Source: Lophium mytilinum
Taxonomy: Eukaryota
DNA: 64,000 bases
NCBI GenBank assembly: GCA_010093605.1
Contig: MU004187.1
Location: 620,001 to 684,000 of the forward strand
Reading direction: 5' to 3'
Position numbers and translations under genes: made by a program. The notes below the pieces were generated by a model, which had not been told where the DNA came from, searched no databases, and saw only the letters and a program-made list of their open reading frames with translations. Positions 1 through 10,681 of the stretch are shown one piece after another; the stretch's first letter is position 1, and each line of letters opens with the position of its first letter.

Positions 1-1786
1 ATGGAGTTAGCAATTCATCGCGCTTCCACGATAGGCGGGCTCGAATGCACGACACGCAGCCTGCGTTCCAGCTGCATTCTGGCTGCATTCTGGCTGCGTT
101 TTGGCGCCGTCTTTGGCTGCATCCCGGCGAGCACAACTTCCTACAGGGAATTCCGCTGTCAACGGCCATGTGTGAGTCTTCCGTAGGAGCATCAAGCGTC
201 GCAGCGCCCGCTACACTAACTCTATTCGCCCACGGCCTCAGCTGCGACGGCCATCCCTCTGCCGCATCGCCAGGGAAAAACACGGCCAGCTTCACCACCC
301 TGCCCGGCCCTGCCTCCGTCCCGCTGCTGCCCCGATCGAGTCGTCCCTGTGGTCCCCTCGCTGTGTCGCTGCTCTTGGTGCGCACCTCTCTTCTCTAGTC
401 CGCAGCCATTCGGGACTTGTCGCGCCGCTCTGACAAGCTCCCGCGCGCCCTGATAAGCTGCCCGTCGCTGCCACCGCGTCCAAGATATCCAGCAAGCAGC
501 ACTTCGGGCATCAGCGCTTTGCGTCGCAGGGCTGGCACTCCCAGCTGCCTGTCGAGGGCGAGACGTCTCACATGTGGGCGGCGTCCAGCGCCCGCCTTCC
601 CACCTGCCCACCACTGATTGATGCGAGGGAGGGATGTATATTGGTGTGTGTGTGCATCGCGGCCTTTCACTCGAGCATCTCCAGGCGCGACTGCCGAGCC
701 CTAGATAGATCCCGCCCAGCACCGGCGTATGGTGAGCAGGCAGCCGTCTTTTTTTATATCCCCCTTACTCAGGGCCTGTCCGGCTATATGCCCTATCCAA
801 GCAGGTAAACCACCCCCTTCAACGTCTCCTCTCTCTCCCTCAGTGATGTAACTTCCACACTCTCCCTCTCCCCACCGAGTCCGATGCAACTCCGCGTTGC
901 CATTACGATAGCGCCCTCGTTCCGTCTCCACGCCCTCGAAACCGCTCTTGCAGCACGCTCGCACCTTCTCCACAAAAAGCACGCCATCCTGCATCGATTC
1001 CGCACGCCGTGGAAACGCACTCTGTTAGCGATGATGCAGCCGCGCAGCCCGCAGGCGTGAGCGGGTTACGCGTTTCTGACCTCTCCTCGAAGCCATGTCT
1101 TTCTAGAAGCCCGTGAGTTGACGTCCCCACCCAGTCCACGCCCCATCCCTGCCCCCCCATTGGTCCCGCTCGCAAGCTGTTGGGTACTTGGGTACCTTGC
1201 CATGGGGCCTCGCGGGCCCCGCTGATTCGCGCGGCTCAAGAGCGTTGGGAGTGTGGGAGTGGACTCTGATACTACGCGGCATCTCCCCGTTCGGGAAGGG
1301 GCGAAAGGATGTGCAAATAACTGCGGGCACTAAAATTCTAGACCCGTGGCGATCCCTTCTAAGAGCAGCTGGAGGGCAGATTCGGGACTTCGATCGAGGC
1401 GCGCATCACTGCATATCAGGCCGGTTATCCATGTGCATCCCGATCACTCTGCAACACCCTGAGCATCGGCCGTGGTCTAGATACACCCTCCCGTACCTGT
1501 GCTGACTGACTGGCCGACGTTGCTGGCTGATTCGCAACAGAGTCTCTTTGCCCGGACACCTGAGTCGTAGAGGCTCTGAATCATACAATATACCTCATGG
1601 AAGACTATCTAGGTGCTAAATGACGCACTAAGAATGTAAGCTGCGCTATCGCAGCCGCACCGTCCGCATGTAGGTTGCGGCTATGCAACGAAATCTAGAT
1701 CCCCTGCTCCCTCCAAGCTTTTCCTGTCCTGAACGCCACTATATGCCACTTCCAAGATATACCGAAGCAGATCTAATCAGTCAACC

Positions 1787-3913
1787 TCAACTCCACGCGG
1801 ACATGTTGTTGACCACGCAGCCAGCCTCAGCCCGCTTGACCAGCTTGCCGACTTCATACACTGTCTCGCCGGCGCCTTTCAGCACGCTGATGGTCTCGCT
1901 CGCCTTGCTCTGGTCAACCACCAAAACCATTCCAAGCCCAGTGTTCCACGCTCTCGAGAACTCCACGTCCTCAATCTTCCCAGCCGCCTTCAGCCACCTA
2001 AACACCTCCGGAACCGGCCAAGCCTTCGCATCCAGATCCACCGCGAGATGATCCGGGAGCATGCGTGGAACATTCTCCAGCAAGCCGCCCCCGGTGATGT
2101 GCGCTATGCCCTTGATCAAGCCCTTCTGCGTTGCCGCCAGCAGCGGCTTGACGTAGATCCTCGTGGGGGTGAGGAGGCTATCGCCCACGCGTTGGCCCTT
2201 GCTCCAGGGCGCGTCGTCGTGGAACGACAGCCCAGCGCGCTCGACGATCTTCCGGATCAGCGAGAAGCCGTTGGAGTGCGGGCCGTCGGAGGCCAGTCCT
2301 AGGACCACATCTCCGACGGTCATGGCTTGCTTATCGGGCAGGATGGTTTGGCCTTGCGCGATGGCGCCGAGGGCACACCCGCCGGCGTCGTACTCGCCGT
2401 CGTGGTAGAGGCCGGGCATCTCGGCCGTCTCTCCCCCGACGAGCGTGCAGTCGGCTTGGTTGCAGCCTGCGGCGACGCCGGTGACAAAGGCCACCGCGTC
2501 GTCGACGTCCAGCTTGCTGCACGCGTAGTAGTCCATGAACATGTGCGGTCGGGCGCCCTGCACGACGAGGTCGTTCACGTTCATCGCGACGAGGTCGATG
2601 CCCACGGTGTCGTGCTTGCCCATCTCGAACGCGATCTTCACTTTCGTCCCGATGCCGTCGATGGCTCCGACGAGTATCGGGGGCTCTGTGTAGCCGGCAG
2701 CTTTCAGGTCAAACATGCCGCCGAAGCCGCCGATTTCGGCGTCGGCGCCTGGTCGCTTCGTGGATTTCACGGCGGCTTTGATGCGCTGGACGAGTTCGTT
2801 GCCAGCTTCGATGCTGACACCGGCGGAGGCGTAGGTAAGGGATTCTTGCTTGGAGGCAGAGTCGGAGGGGCGGATGACTGTGGTGCCTTCTTCTGCGGGC
2901 TGGAGCAGTTTCCAGTCACACGTAATGTTGTGTTTCTGGAACTCTGATAGGAGGTCGTTGGCGATGGTGTCGAAGTTTTCTGTCGCGAGAGCGAGGATGG
3001 TGGGTCCGGCACCAGATAGACAGATTCCCAACAGGCCAGGATGTGATTGCGGCGTGACGGATTGCAGTATCTCGGTGAGTCCAGGGATGAGGGTCTTGCG
3101 GTATGGCTGGTGGATCTTATCTTGCATCGCCAGATATATCATGTCAGGGTCGGGCGGTGATTCCCCCAATGCTGTCGTCAGCAGTGCCAGTCTTTGCATG
3201 TTGAATACCAGATCCTTCCTCGAATATGTTGTTGGTAGCACATCTCTAGCTTTAGCCGTTGAAACCTCGAAGTCCGGTATTATGCAGATACACTTGATCT
3301 CCGGCGCCCACTTGAACTTCTTGTAGTGTCCAATGTTCTTTGGCGGTTCCGGTGGTTGCAGGCCGGTATCGACACCTCCAGCAGGTTCCGGTAACACTTC
3401 GCTAAGGGGAATCTCAAGCCTCGCGGTATCTTCAGGGTCCAGCTCGTTCAGATACGTGCCCACGAATCCGCCGTATAGTGCTGCAGCCACATTGTCCGGA
3501 TGCCGCTCTTCCATGAGGCAGTAGTCCAGCATTCGCGCTTTAGACAGCCCCAGATTCCCCACCTCATTTGCTAGGAAGACGCCAGCCACAATGGCCGCGC
3601 CCGACGACCCCAGTCCCCGCCCGAGGGGTATCGGGTTGTTTATGTGCACATGTGTCTCGGCGGGGAACGCGCGAATGCCGTGGCATCGGAGGACGTAGAC
3701 GGCGGTACGGGTGATGAGGTTATCTTCCGCTTGCAATGGGACAGTTCCGGCACCGAGGCCTTCGTAGGTAATGCGGCAATTGAGCGAGTGGGCGGAGGAG
3801 GGTTGGGTGGTGACGGTGAGGGTGACTTCGAGGTAGACGTTGAGCGCGAGGCCAATGACGTCGAAGCCGGGGCCGATATTGGCGGACGAGCAGGGCACTC
3901 GGATGGTGGTCAT
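1787..3913 (-). CDS. THR1: Homoserine kinase fused to AIR synthetase (PurM, phosphoribosylformylglycinamidine cyclo-ligase); single exon, 708 aa
   Basis: N-half has GHMP homoserine kinase motifs SSANIGPGFD, PLGRGLGSSGAA, HPDN, SGAGPT. C-half (about 2839 down to 1787) has PurM motifs LTYASAGV, DGIGTK, VAMNVNDL, GGETAEMPG, HSNGFS, HITGGG. One uninterrupted ORF. Confidence 0.93.
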   Translation of the reverse strand: MTTIRVPCSSANIGPGFDVIGLALNVYLEVTLTVTTQPSSAHSLNCRITYEGLGAGTVPLQAEDNLITRTAVYVLRCHGIRAFPAETHVHINNPIPLGRGLGSSGAAIVAGVFLANEVGNLGLSKARMLDYCLMEERHPDNVAAALYGGFVGTYLNELDPEDTARLEIPLSEVLPEPAGGVDTGLQPPEPPKNIGHYKKFKWAPEIKCICIIPDFEVSTAKARDVLPTTYSRKDLVFNMQRLALLTTALGESPPDPDMIYLAMQDKIHQPYRKTLIPGLTEILQSVTPQSHPGLLGICLSGAGPTILALATENFDTIANDLLSEFQKHNITCDWKLLQPAEEGTTVIRPSDSASKQESLTYASAGVSIEAGNELVQRIKAAVKSTKRPGADAEIGGFGGMFDLKAAGYTEPPILVGAIDGIGTKVKIAFEMGKHDTVGIDLVAMNVNDLVVQGARPHMFMDYYACSKLDVDDAVAFVTGVAAGCNQADCTLVGGETAEMPGLYHDGEYDAGGCALGAIAQGQTILPDKQAMTVGDVVLGLASDGPHSNGFSLIRKIVERAGLSFHDDAPWSKGQRVGDSLLTPTRIYVKPLLAATQKGLIKGIAHITGGGLLENVPRMLPDHLAVDLDAKAWPVPEVFRWLKAAGKIEDVEFSRAWNTGLGMVLVVDQSKASETISVLKGAGETVYEVGKLVKRAEAGCVVNNMSAWS

Positions 3914-4939
3914 TGTGGGAGGTGTTGGTTGTATTGAAGTTTGAGAAGCGGATTCTCCGACTCTAAAACCATCGCGATTAAAAATGTCGTGGTGGGGGTC
4001 GCCGATATCGATCCGCGCTTGGAATCCGGGGCCGGAAGCTGTCTAATTGGGCAGATAGGTATCACCTAGCGGCTTTCGTGGACGACGTCCTCTTCGTTCT
4101 TGGGGATGCGTGGGGTACCAATCCATCATTATTCTCGATGTTCTCTCTATACAATGACGTTTGGCTACACGGTGGAAGCATGCGGGAGTACCACATCCAG
4201 ACTCCGCAACTGACGATGCGTTCTTGCCCATGCCTAGGCTGCAGTCGATCCCTTTTGCACCTCTTCTAGGTAACCCTCATAATTGCACAGTGATCTTCCA
4301 CTACCATGTCCCTAGAACGGGGGACAGGAGTCACGATAATCCTGTGGCGTATCACTATGGCTGTGCTGCCTGCATCAGTCTCTCGCCATTCCAGACCGCT
4401 CGTCCGCATTTGCGCTGCTGCCGTCACTTCATTGGAGCCATCCAAGCATATATGCACGAAGCAGCAAGGTGGGTGATCGTTTCGATAAGTGCACCCTCCC
4501 GATATCCCCGCGTGCCAATGAAGCCCATCCACCTGTCACATAGTGCACTGCATCGCCAATTTGCCTGCGAGATCAGGGTTCAGCTCAGCCTCGCATGAGC
4601 GCGCCTCCGACTTCCCCGGCCCTTTTTCCCTTAACTTCTAGGCACCCGTCACGCTCGACTCCACATTTCGGGGCTTTGCAGCATTGTTTCCGAGTCAGCC
4701 TGATCGAATTGACCGGACGGTTGTGGAATATCATTCACGCTAGTCCAATAGGCAACAACCGCATTGCTGGCTGGGCACTGCCCCAAGTTCAACTGTGGAA
4801 AGCTTTAAAGAGGGCGGACGCCCTTTACTTGACCACATCTACACACAATCTTAAACCCACCCATTTCACTCGTTGAAATCCATCTCACGACGCCTTTATC
4901 TCATCACTATTAGGCCGTTCTGCTCGTTAAGCCGCCATC

Positions 4940-7153
4940 GTGGCCCGCACAAAGGCACAGTTAAAGTACATCAGAGGAAGTGGTACACGTGGACTAGCAC
5001 CACGCAGAGGATTAGCATCCGGACGAGCAGCCCTCCGCAGGATGCCAGGACGGCGCGACCCTTCCTCTGGGGAGTCATCCTCGGAGGATGAGGAGATTTC
5101 CCCAACATCAAACGGCTTGAAGACCACCATCACCAATGGTACCAAAAATGAGCCAGAAGAGGAACCTCTGGACCTCGCCAAGGTCGGAATGGAGTGTGGC
5201 TTAAAGCATCTGTACTCTGGAAAAGAGGACAAGAAAGGGCGGTATCAGTGGCAGGACGAGATCCCCAAGGATGTCGGCAAGCCTGTCGAGAATGCCCAAA
5301 CCGCCAAATGGGCTCTTCTGGTGCGCAACGTCAAAGTCTACAACGATCCGCGAAAGGTCCTCGCCATTCATTCAATCGTCGTCCAAAGCCCGCTTTTGAA
5401 GAAAATGCTGGCGCGCGTCCTCAAGGACTACCCGGGAGTAACTGCCGGTCTGGCTCGCCTAGAATTCTCTGGAAAGTTCGAGCCCATTATCCATCGCTGG
5501 ACGGAACTGAGAGATGCTATCGAGAAGCTCGGTGATGACACTGATGATGACAAGAAGACCAAGGAGCATGCCGAGCTCTTCTACAACTTGCTCAAGACTG
5601 AATTCAAGTCCATGATTGATACATCTCAGGACATGAAGTCGAAAGGTGTCATGACTTACGAGCATCTGTGGACACTATTCCAGCCCGGTTCAACCGTCTA
5701 TGCCCGCCAGGACGGCCAAGAGACTGCCATGAAGCTACATGAGACCAAGTATGGAGCAGATCGAAATGGCAATCCCTGCTTCTGGCTGACCTGCAAATAC
5801 GTTGACTGGGATGGTGCTAAATTCGGCTCCAACAAGTTAAACCTCTCCATCCCGCTTTACTCTGGCACTCGGCATATCAACCAACTTCCCGTGTATCCTC
5901 TGGAAAACCACCATGAGAAGGATGCGCTCCGTACTCGTTTGATCGAGCGAGGAGCAAAGGCCGAGACTCTCGCTGGTTCGCACTACAAGTCGTATCATGG
6001 AATCGGATGGAAGCGAGGGACTTTCGGCACGAAGGACAAGTACAACATCAAAAGCCGGATCGTCATTGACACCTACGGATGGAACCGTTTTAACCCCAGT
6101 TATGCCATTTTCGTCGCGCCACTCAACCAGAAGGACCCCGTAGGCGGCGTCATTGGCGAAGGCAGCGACGACGGAGGGGGGGATGACGATGTTTACGACG
6201 CCGATGCTGATGACAGCGGTATGCCGATGGATGGTCAATTCGCAGACGAAGACGACTCAACCAAACGCCAGCCTCTTACCACCGAACAAAAACTCATCTG
6301 TACCCCTCTGATTCGCGGCTACTCGCTGAAAACAAAGATGTGGCTCAATTTCTTTGTCAATTGTGTTCAGGAAATCGAATGGCAGACGGGTGCTTTCGAC
6401 AGCTTGGTCCTGCCATCCAACCAAAAGGAACTGATCCTAGGCTTCACCGAGTCGCAGCGCAAATTCAAAGAATCGTTCGACGACGTCATCGAAGGCAAGG
6501 GCAAGGGCATCATCCTTCTGCTTTGCGGACCTCCTGGTGTGGGAAAGACGCTTACTGCCGAGTCTGTCGCTGAAGAGATGAAAGTTCCGCTGTACATGAT
6601 GAGCGCTGGTGATCTAGGTCTCGATCCTCGAAGCGTTGAGACCAAGCTGCAGAATATCCTGGAAATGTGCACGAAATGGAACGCCATCCTCCTCCTCGAT
6701 GAGGCCGATGTCTTCCTCGAACAGCGCTCTCTTCACGAGTTGGAGCGAAACAAGCTCGTGTCTATCTTCCTGCGCATACTAGAGTACTACGAGGGTATCA
6801 TGTTCTTGACTACGAACCGTGTGCAGACGTTCGATCCGGCGTTCCAGTCGCGGATCCACATCTCTCTAGACTATCCGGAGCTCTCTATCGACTCTCGCAA
6901 GATGGTGTGGAAGAACTTCCTTGGAGGCTCACAGCAAAAGAACACCGTCACCGACCGCCAACTTGATCAGCTGTCGCTCATGAACATGAACGGGAGACAG
7001 ATCAAGAACGTATTGAAGACCGCACAGTTACTTGCTAGCCGGAAGGATGCCTCGTTGAGCTACGAGCATGTCATGACGGTGCTGGATGTTACACAGCATC
7101 TTCACAACAGCACGCAGGAGAATGAGAGAACTCGAGCAAGCATCTTCTGCTAG
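4940..7153 (+). CDS. Fungal AAA+ ATPase (large N-terminal domain plus C-terminal AAA module); starts at GTG 4940 or first ATG 5042
   Basis: Walker A GPPGVGKT, Walker B LLLDEAD, sensor/SRH FLTTNR...DPAFQSRIH; intronless; in-frame TAA at 4928-4930 bounds the frame. Confidence 0.9.
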   Translation: MARTKAQLKYIRGSGTRGLAPRRGLASGRAALRRMPGRRDPSSGESSSEDEEISPTSNGLKTTITNGTKNEPEEEPLDLAKVGMECGLKHLYSGKEDKKGRYQWQDEIPKDVGKPVENAQTAKWALLVRNVKVYNDPRKVLAIHSIVVQSPLLKKMLARVLKDYPGVTAGLARLEFSGKFEPIIHRWTELRDAIEKLGDDTDDDKKTKEHAELFYNLLKTEFKSMIDTSQDMKSKGVMTYEHLWTLFQPGSTVYARQDGQETAMKLHETKYGADRNGNPCFWLTCKYVDWDGAKFGSNKLNLSIPLYSGTRHINQLPVYPLENHHEKDALRTRLIERGAKAETLAGSHYKSYHGIGWKRGTFGTKDKYNIKSRIVIDTYGWNRFNPSYAIFVAPLNQKDPVGGVIGEGSDDGGGDDDVYDADADDSGMPMDGQFADEDDSTKRQPLTTEQKLICTPLIRGYSLKTKMWLNFFVNCVQEIEWQTGAFDSLVLPSNQKELILGFTESQRKFKESFDDVIEGKGKGIILLLCGPPGVGKTLTAESVAEEMKVPLYMMSAGDLGLDPRSVETKLQNILEMCTKWNAILLLDEADVFLEQRSLHELERNKLVSIFLRILEYYEGIMFLTTNRVQTFDPAFQSRIHISLDYPELSIDSRKMVWKNFLGGSQQKNTVTDRQLDQLSLMNMNGRQIKNVLKTAQLLASRKDASLSYEHVMTVLDVTQHLHNSTQENERTRASIFC

Positions 7154-8460
7154 ATGCTATAGCGATTTAAGTAGATTGACGTTAGTCTTTGTTGGTTGAG
7201 GGATTTTCTTCTCTCCTGACAAATGATGTTTGTGCATATAGACCCATTGTTTTCTTTGGTGTGTTCTCTCCTTAAGTGTTTCCTGGCCATATTTCTTCTA
7301 CTGGGTGTCTCATGCCGGTCCGGCGTCGGCTTCATGGCGCTCGGGTTTTCTGGAGCTTTCAGACAGTAGTATACGAAGAAATGAATCAACACATGAACAT
7401 ACATAAAGGACACGATGCCTTCAGTGAAAGTTATAAATGCGTGATTGATCTACCAATACCCTTGTACCTCAATAGGTTAGCGTGGTTGCCAAGCCTCAAT
7501 TCCAAATGCACAGTCAGTTCCTCGTCAGCTTACCACCGCCATCTTTATCAATTCAACGTTATTTGCCATAACCTGCCCACGACTGTTCCTTTGGGCGATC
7601 AGGATCCGCGGAGATGTCAAGATCCTGGTTGTACACGGCAGAGCCTGTTCGTGAGGACGACGCCTTTCACGCTTTTTTATGTTTGATCTATCTATTCCAT
7701 GATACGTTACCCTCACTGTTCACAGCGTGCTATGCTTCCGGAAGCAACTGGCCTCACACAACGCCAGACCGGAGAGCTCGACCTGAGCTTCATGATCGTC
7801 TTAATTTGAGAGCATGTCCTGGGTCATAGCGAACCCCAGTTTTCACATCTCGTCATTCCTTCCTAGTAGATCATCATCTCCGAGAGCCGACTGCCATTAG
7901 CAGTGCCAGTATGCCATAAACACATATTAACCATCTCTACTAGAACGAAACCATGTTTTGGCCGAAGGTTCTTCCAAATCCTTCGCACTTAGCTAGCTGA
8001 CTGAAGCGCATTATTCAGCCTTTCCTCGGGGGCACCCCTGTCTACCCTGAAGTCCGCCCTGCTTCTGCTCGTTAGGTGTGGGGAGGTTGTACATTAGCTC
8101 GTGACTTGCGCGTAGAGGGTGTAGCATGAATTGCTTACAAGCAGAACTTTCCCCTGTGCACCTAAGCACCACTGCCGGGTATTTCCAGGCGACATGATTT
8201 CCAAATATTATACGCGATACGAGCACGGGTGTACGACAATGACAATTTAATCTCGTCCGCAGATCTGCCGGGGTTCTCGAAGGATCTTTGAAGACTATAT
8301 ATACAGTGCCTCCACCTAATTGTCAAATACTATTATCAGAAGGCCATCTAGCACAGAGAACTTCATTTCTCTACGCCATACGGATTCGCGGCTTTACCTG
8401 ATCGTCGGAAACCGCAGCAAAGCTTCCCAAGTTTTCTGATCAATCAAATACGGGAAAACA

Positions 8461-9819
8461 ATGGCCGCCTTCCTTGCTGTCGCTATCCTCGCTGCGATTT
8501 CGCACTCGAATCCCACCAACGCAAACTCCGTTTCTTTCGCGGCTGAGTATCGCCATCCTCCTAACGGCGTGTGTGTCGACTATACCGTTAAGCAAGAGAT
8601 AACTTCTACCAACTACATATGGGCGTTGGAAAAGTTCAAGAGCAACTTTGATACGATCGATTTCATTACAGACATCGCGAGAAAGGACAGCAAAACCGCC
8701 TTTCATCCCGTTCGCAGTAACACAAAGAATGAAACAAAAACCTACGAGGTTTCAGCCACGTTCTGCTCGCCAAAGAAGGCAACCGCCGGAAAGGTGAACA
8801 CTGTCTTACTTGCTACCCATGGTCTGGGATACGATAGACGGTATGTATCCCGAAATTCCATTCTGTTTCGCTTCATGCTGATCTCTCATTAGGTACTGGG
8901 CCTCTTCGTGGAAGCCGGAGGATTACAGCTTCGCCGATTTCGCTCTCGACAAGGGATACTCAGTCTTCTTCTACGACAGACTCGGGGTCGGAAAATCGGA
9001 AACGTATGTTAAGGCCAATGACTTCTTATAACAAGGCCTATCTACTCACGAGAATCAGCGTCTCTGGCTACGAAAACCAAGGATCAATCCAAGTTGCTTT
9101 ACTGGAACGCCTTGTTGAGCTTGTTCGCGCAGGTAGATACACAGGCGCCATAGGCAAGCCCAAGAACATTGTCCTTGTGGGCCATTCGTTTGGGTCTTTC
9201 ATGTCCGCTGCACTCATTAATGATCAGCCCAAACTTGTGGATGGTAAGTCACTCGGAAACATCTCAATCCCATCTCACCTCTACGGTGCTAATGAGATCA
9301 CCCACAGGCGTTGTACTCACGGGAATTGCCTATCCGAATGCGACCGATCTGGCCGGCCCTGATTCCGCATGGAGCTTGGAAACTTTCGCCGCCCGCATTG
9401 CTCGTTTCCAGGACAAGAAGTGGTCGAAACTCGACACTGGCTATCTCAACTTCGCCGATATATACTCACACGTCAACGGTTTCTTCAAGGCGCCTAACTA
9501 TGATATGCCAACAGTCGAATACGCACAGGCGATTGCACAACCATTCGCAGCGCTCGAGTTTGTATCGTTACAGCTATTCAAATTAGATTCTCCAACTTTC
9601 AGAGGGCCAGTGATGGTCACGGCTGGAGAGAATGACCTCCTCTTGTGTGGAGGAGAGTGCAAGAGCACGTTTAGTAGCGGTGTTGCTGAGCAAGCTTTCA
9701 AAGGTGCAAAGGATTTGAACCTCTATGTCCACCCTGGAGCAGGTCATGGCGTCAACTTTGGTTTCAACGCGACTGTGTTCTACGGAAAGATCACGGAATT
9801 CCTCGACAAGAACTTCTAG
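8461..9819 (+). CDS. Secreted alpha/beta hydrolase, 4 exons (approx. 8461-8840, 8893-9003, 9059-9243, 9308-9819)
   Basis: Hydrophobic signal peptide, HG oxyanion motif (ATHGLGYD), YDRLGVG, nucleophile GHSFG, C-terminal GAGHG; GT-AG introns join the three ORF fragments. Confidence 0.85.
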
Positions 9820-10681
9820 GTGTGTGAAACCTGAGAAGCTTTCAAGTCCTTTGTGGTGAGCAAATTAAACGAGGATATCTGCAGACCCCACGGGGTATGA
9901 TGCGACTATCGAGAATAGAGGGGCGAGGGTCAAGATGACCGGATTAATTAGATTTGAGTAGCTTTCACTTTGATAAAGTCACTAGTTTTTCATCCATATA
10001 TATTTTACTTCATTTCATTCTCGACACTACCACCACCCTTCTTCATTCTAGCAGTCTACACCATTGAAGACCGACCATTGACACATCAGAATACTAACAT
10101 CGCTCGTTCGCAGTACCTGAAGCCCGGGGTATCAAAGTACAAAATTAAAAGAACCAAAAGGCAAGAAAGGAAAACCCGCAAAGGCGTCAATACCCTGTCT
10201 CACAGGCCGGCACTCTACCGGGGATCTCGAGCCTGTACCGATCACGGCAGGACCCTTCTCCTTCCCTGGGACTAGCTAACAGCTAAGACTCTGTCAGGAG
10301 TCTTTTGCAACTGGCTCTAGATATCCCCCCACATCACGGGAGACCCTCTCTCCTTTAAACCAAACCGCCTGATGCAGATACTCATACTCCGACCATGCAT
10401 CCTGACATCCCGACTCTCGACATCGTGTCGACATACACGAGCTCTTCGCATGATCTTTTCGAACCCCTCCTGTCCAGTCTACTCCGCAAATTCTTGAAGT
10501 CATCGCCGAAGATTTTTTTTTGTTGTTTTTTTGAAATTTTGCGCCACCATTCCCTGTGTGGTCTGTTCCGGTTCACAGGCGTTTTTTTGGTTTTTGCTGG
10601 ATATCTCTTTTGTGATGTGGTTTTCCCCAGGCCTTGCGACCCGGCCCCACTTTGGCGCAGCTTTGCATGCTTGAGCTACTC

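Noticed and set aside
1..1700. Many short overlapping ORFs and an 11-bp imperfect repeat (CTGCATTCTGG, about 58-105)
   Set aside because: No protein motifs or consistent exon chain; looks like GC-rich intergenic or UTR sequence. The repeat has no spacers and is not CRISPR-like.
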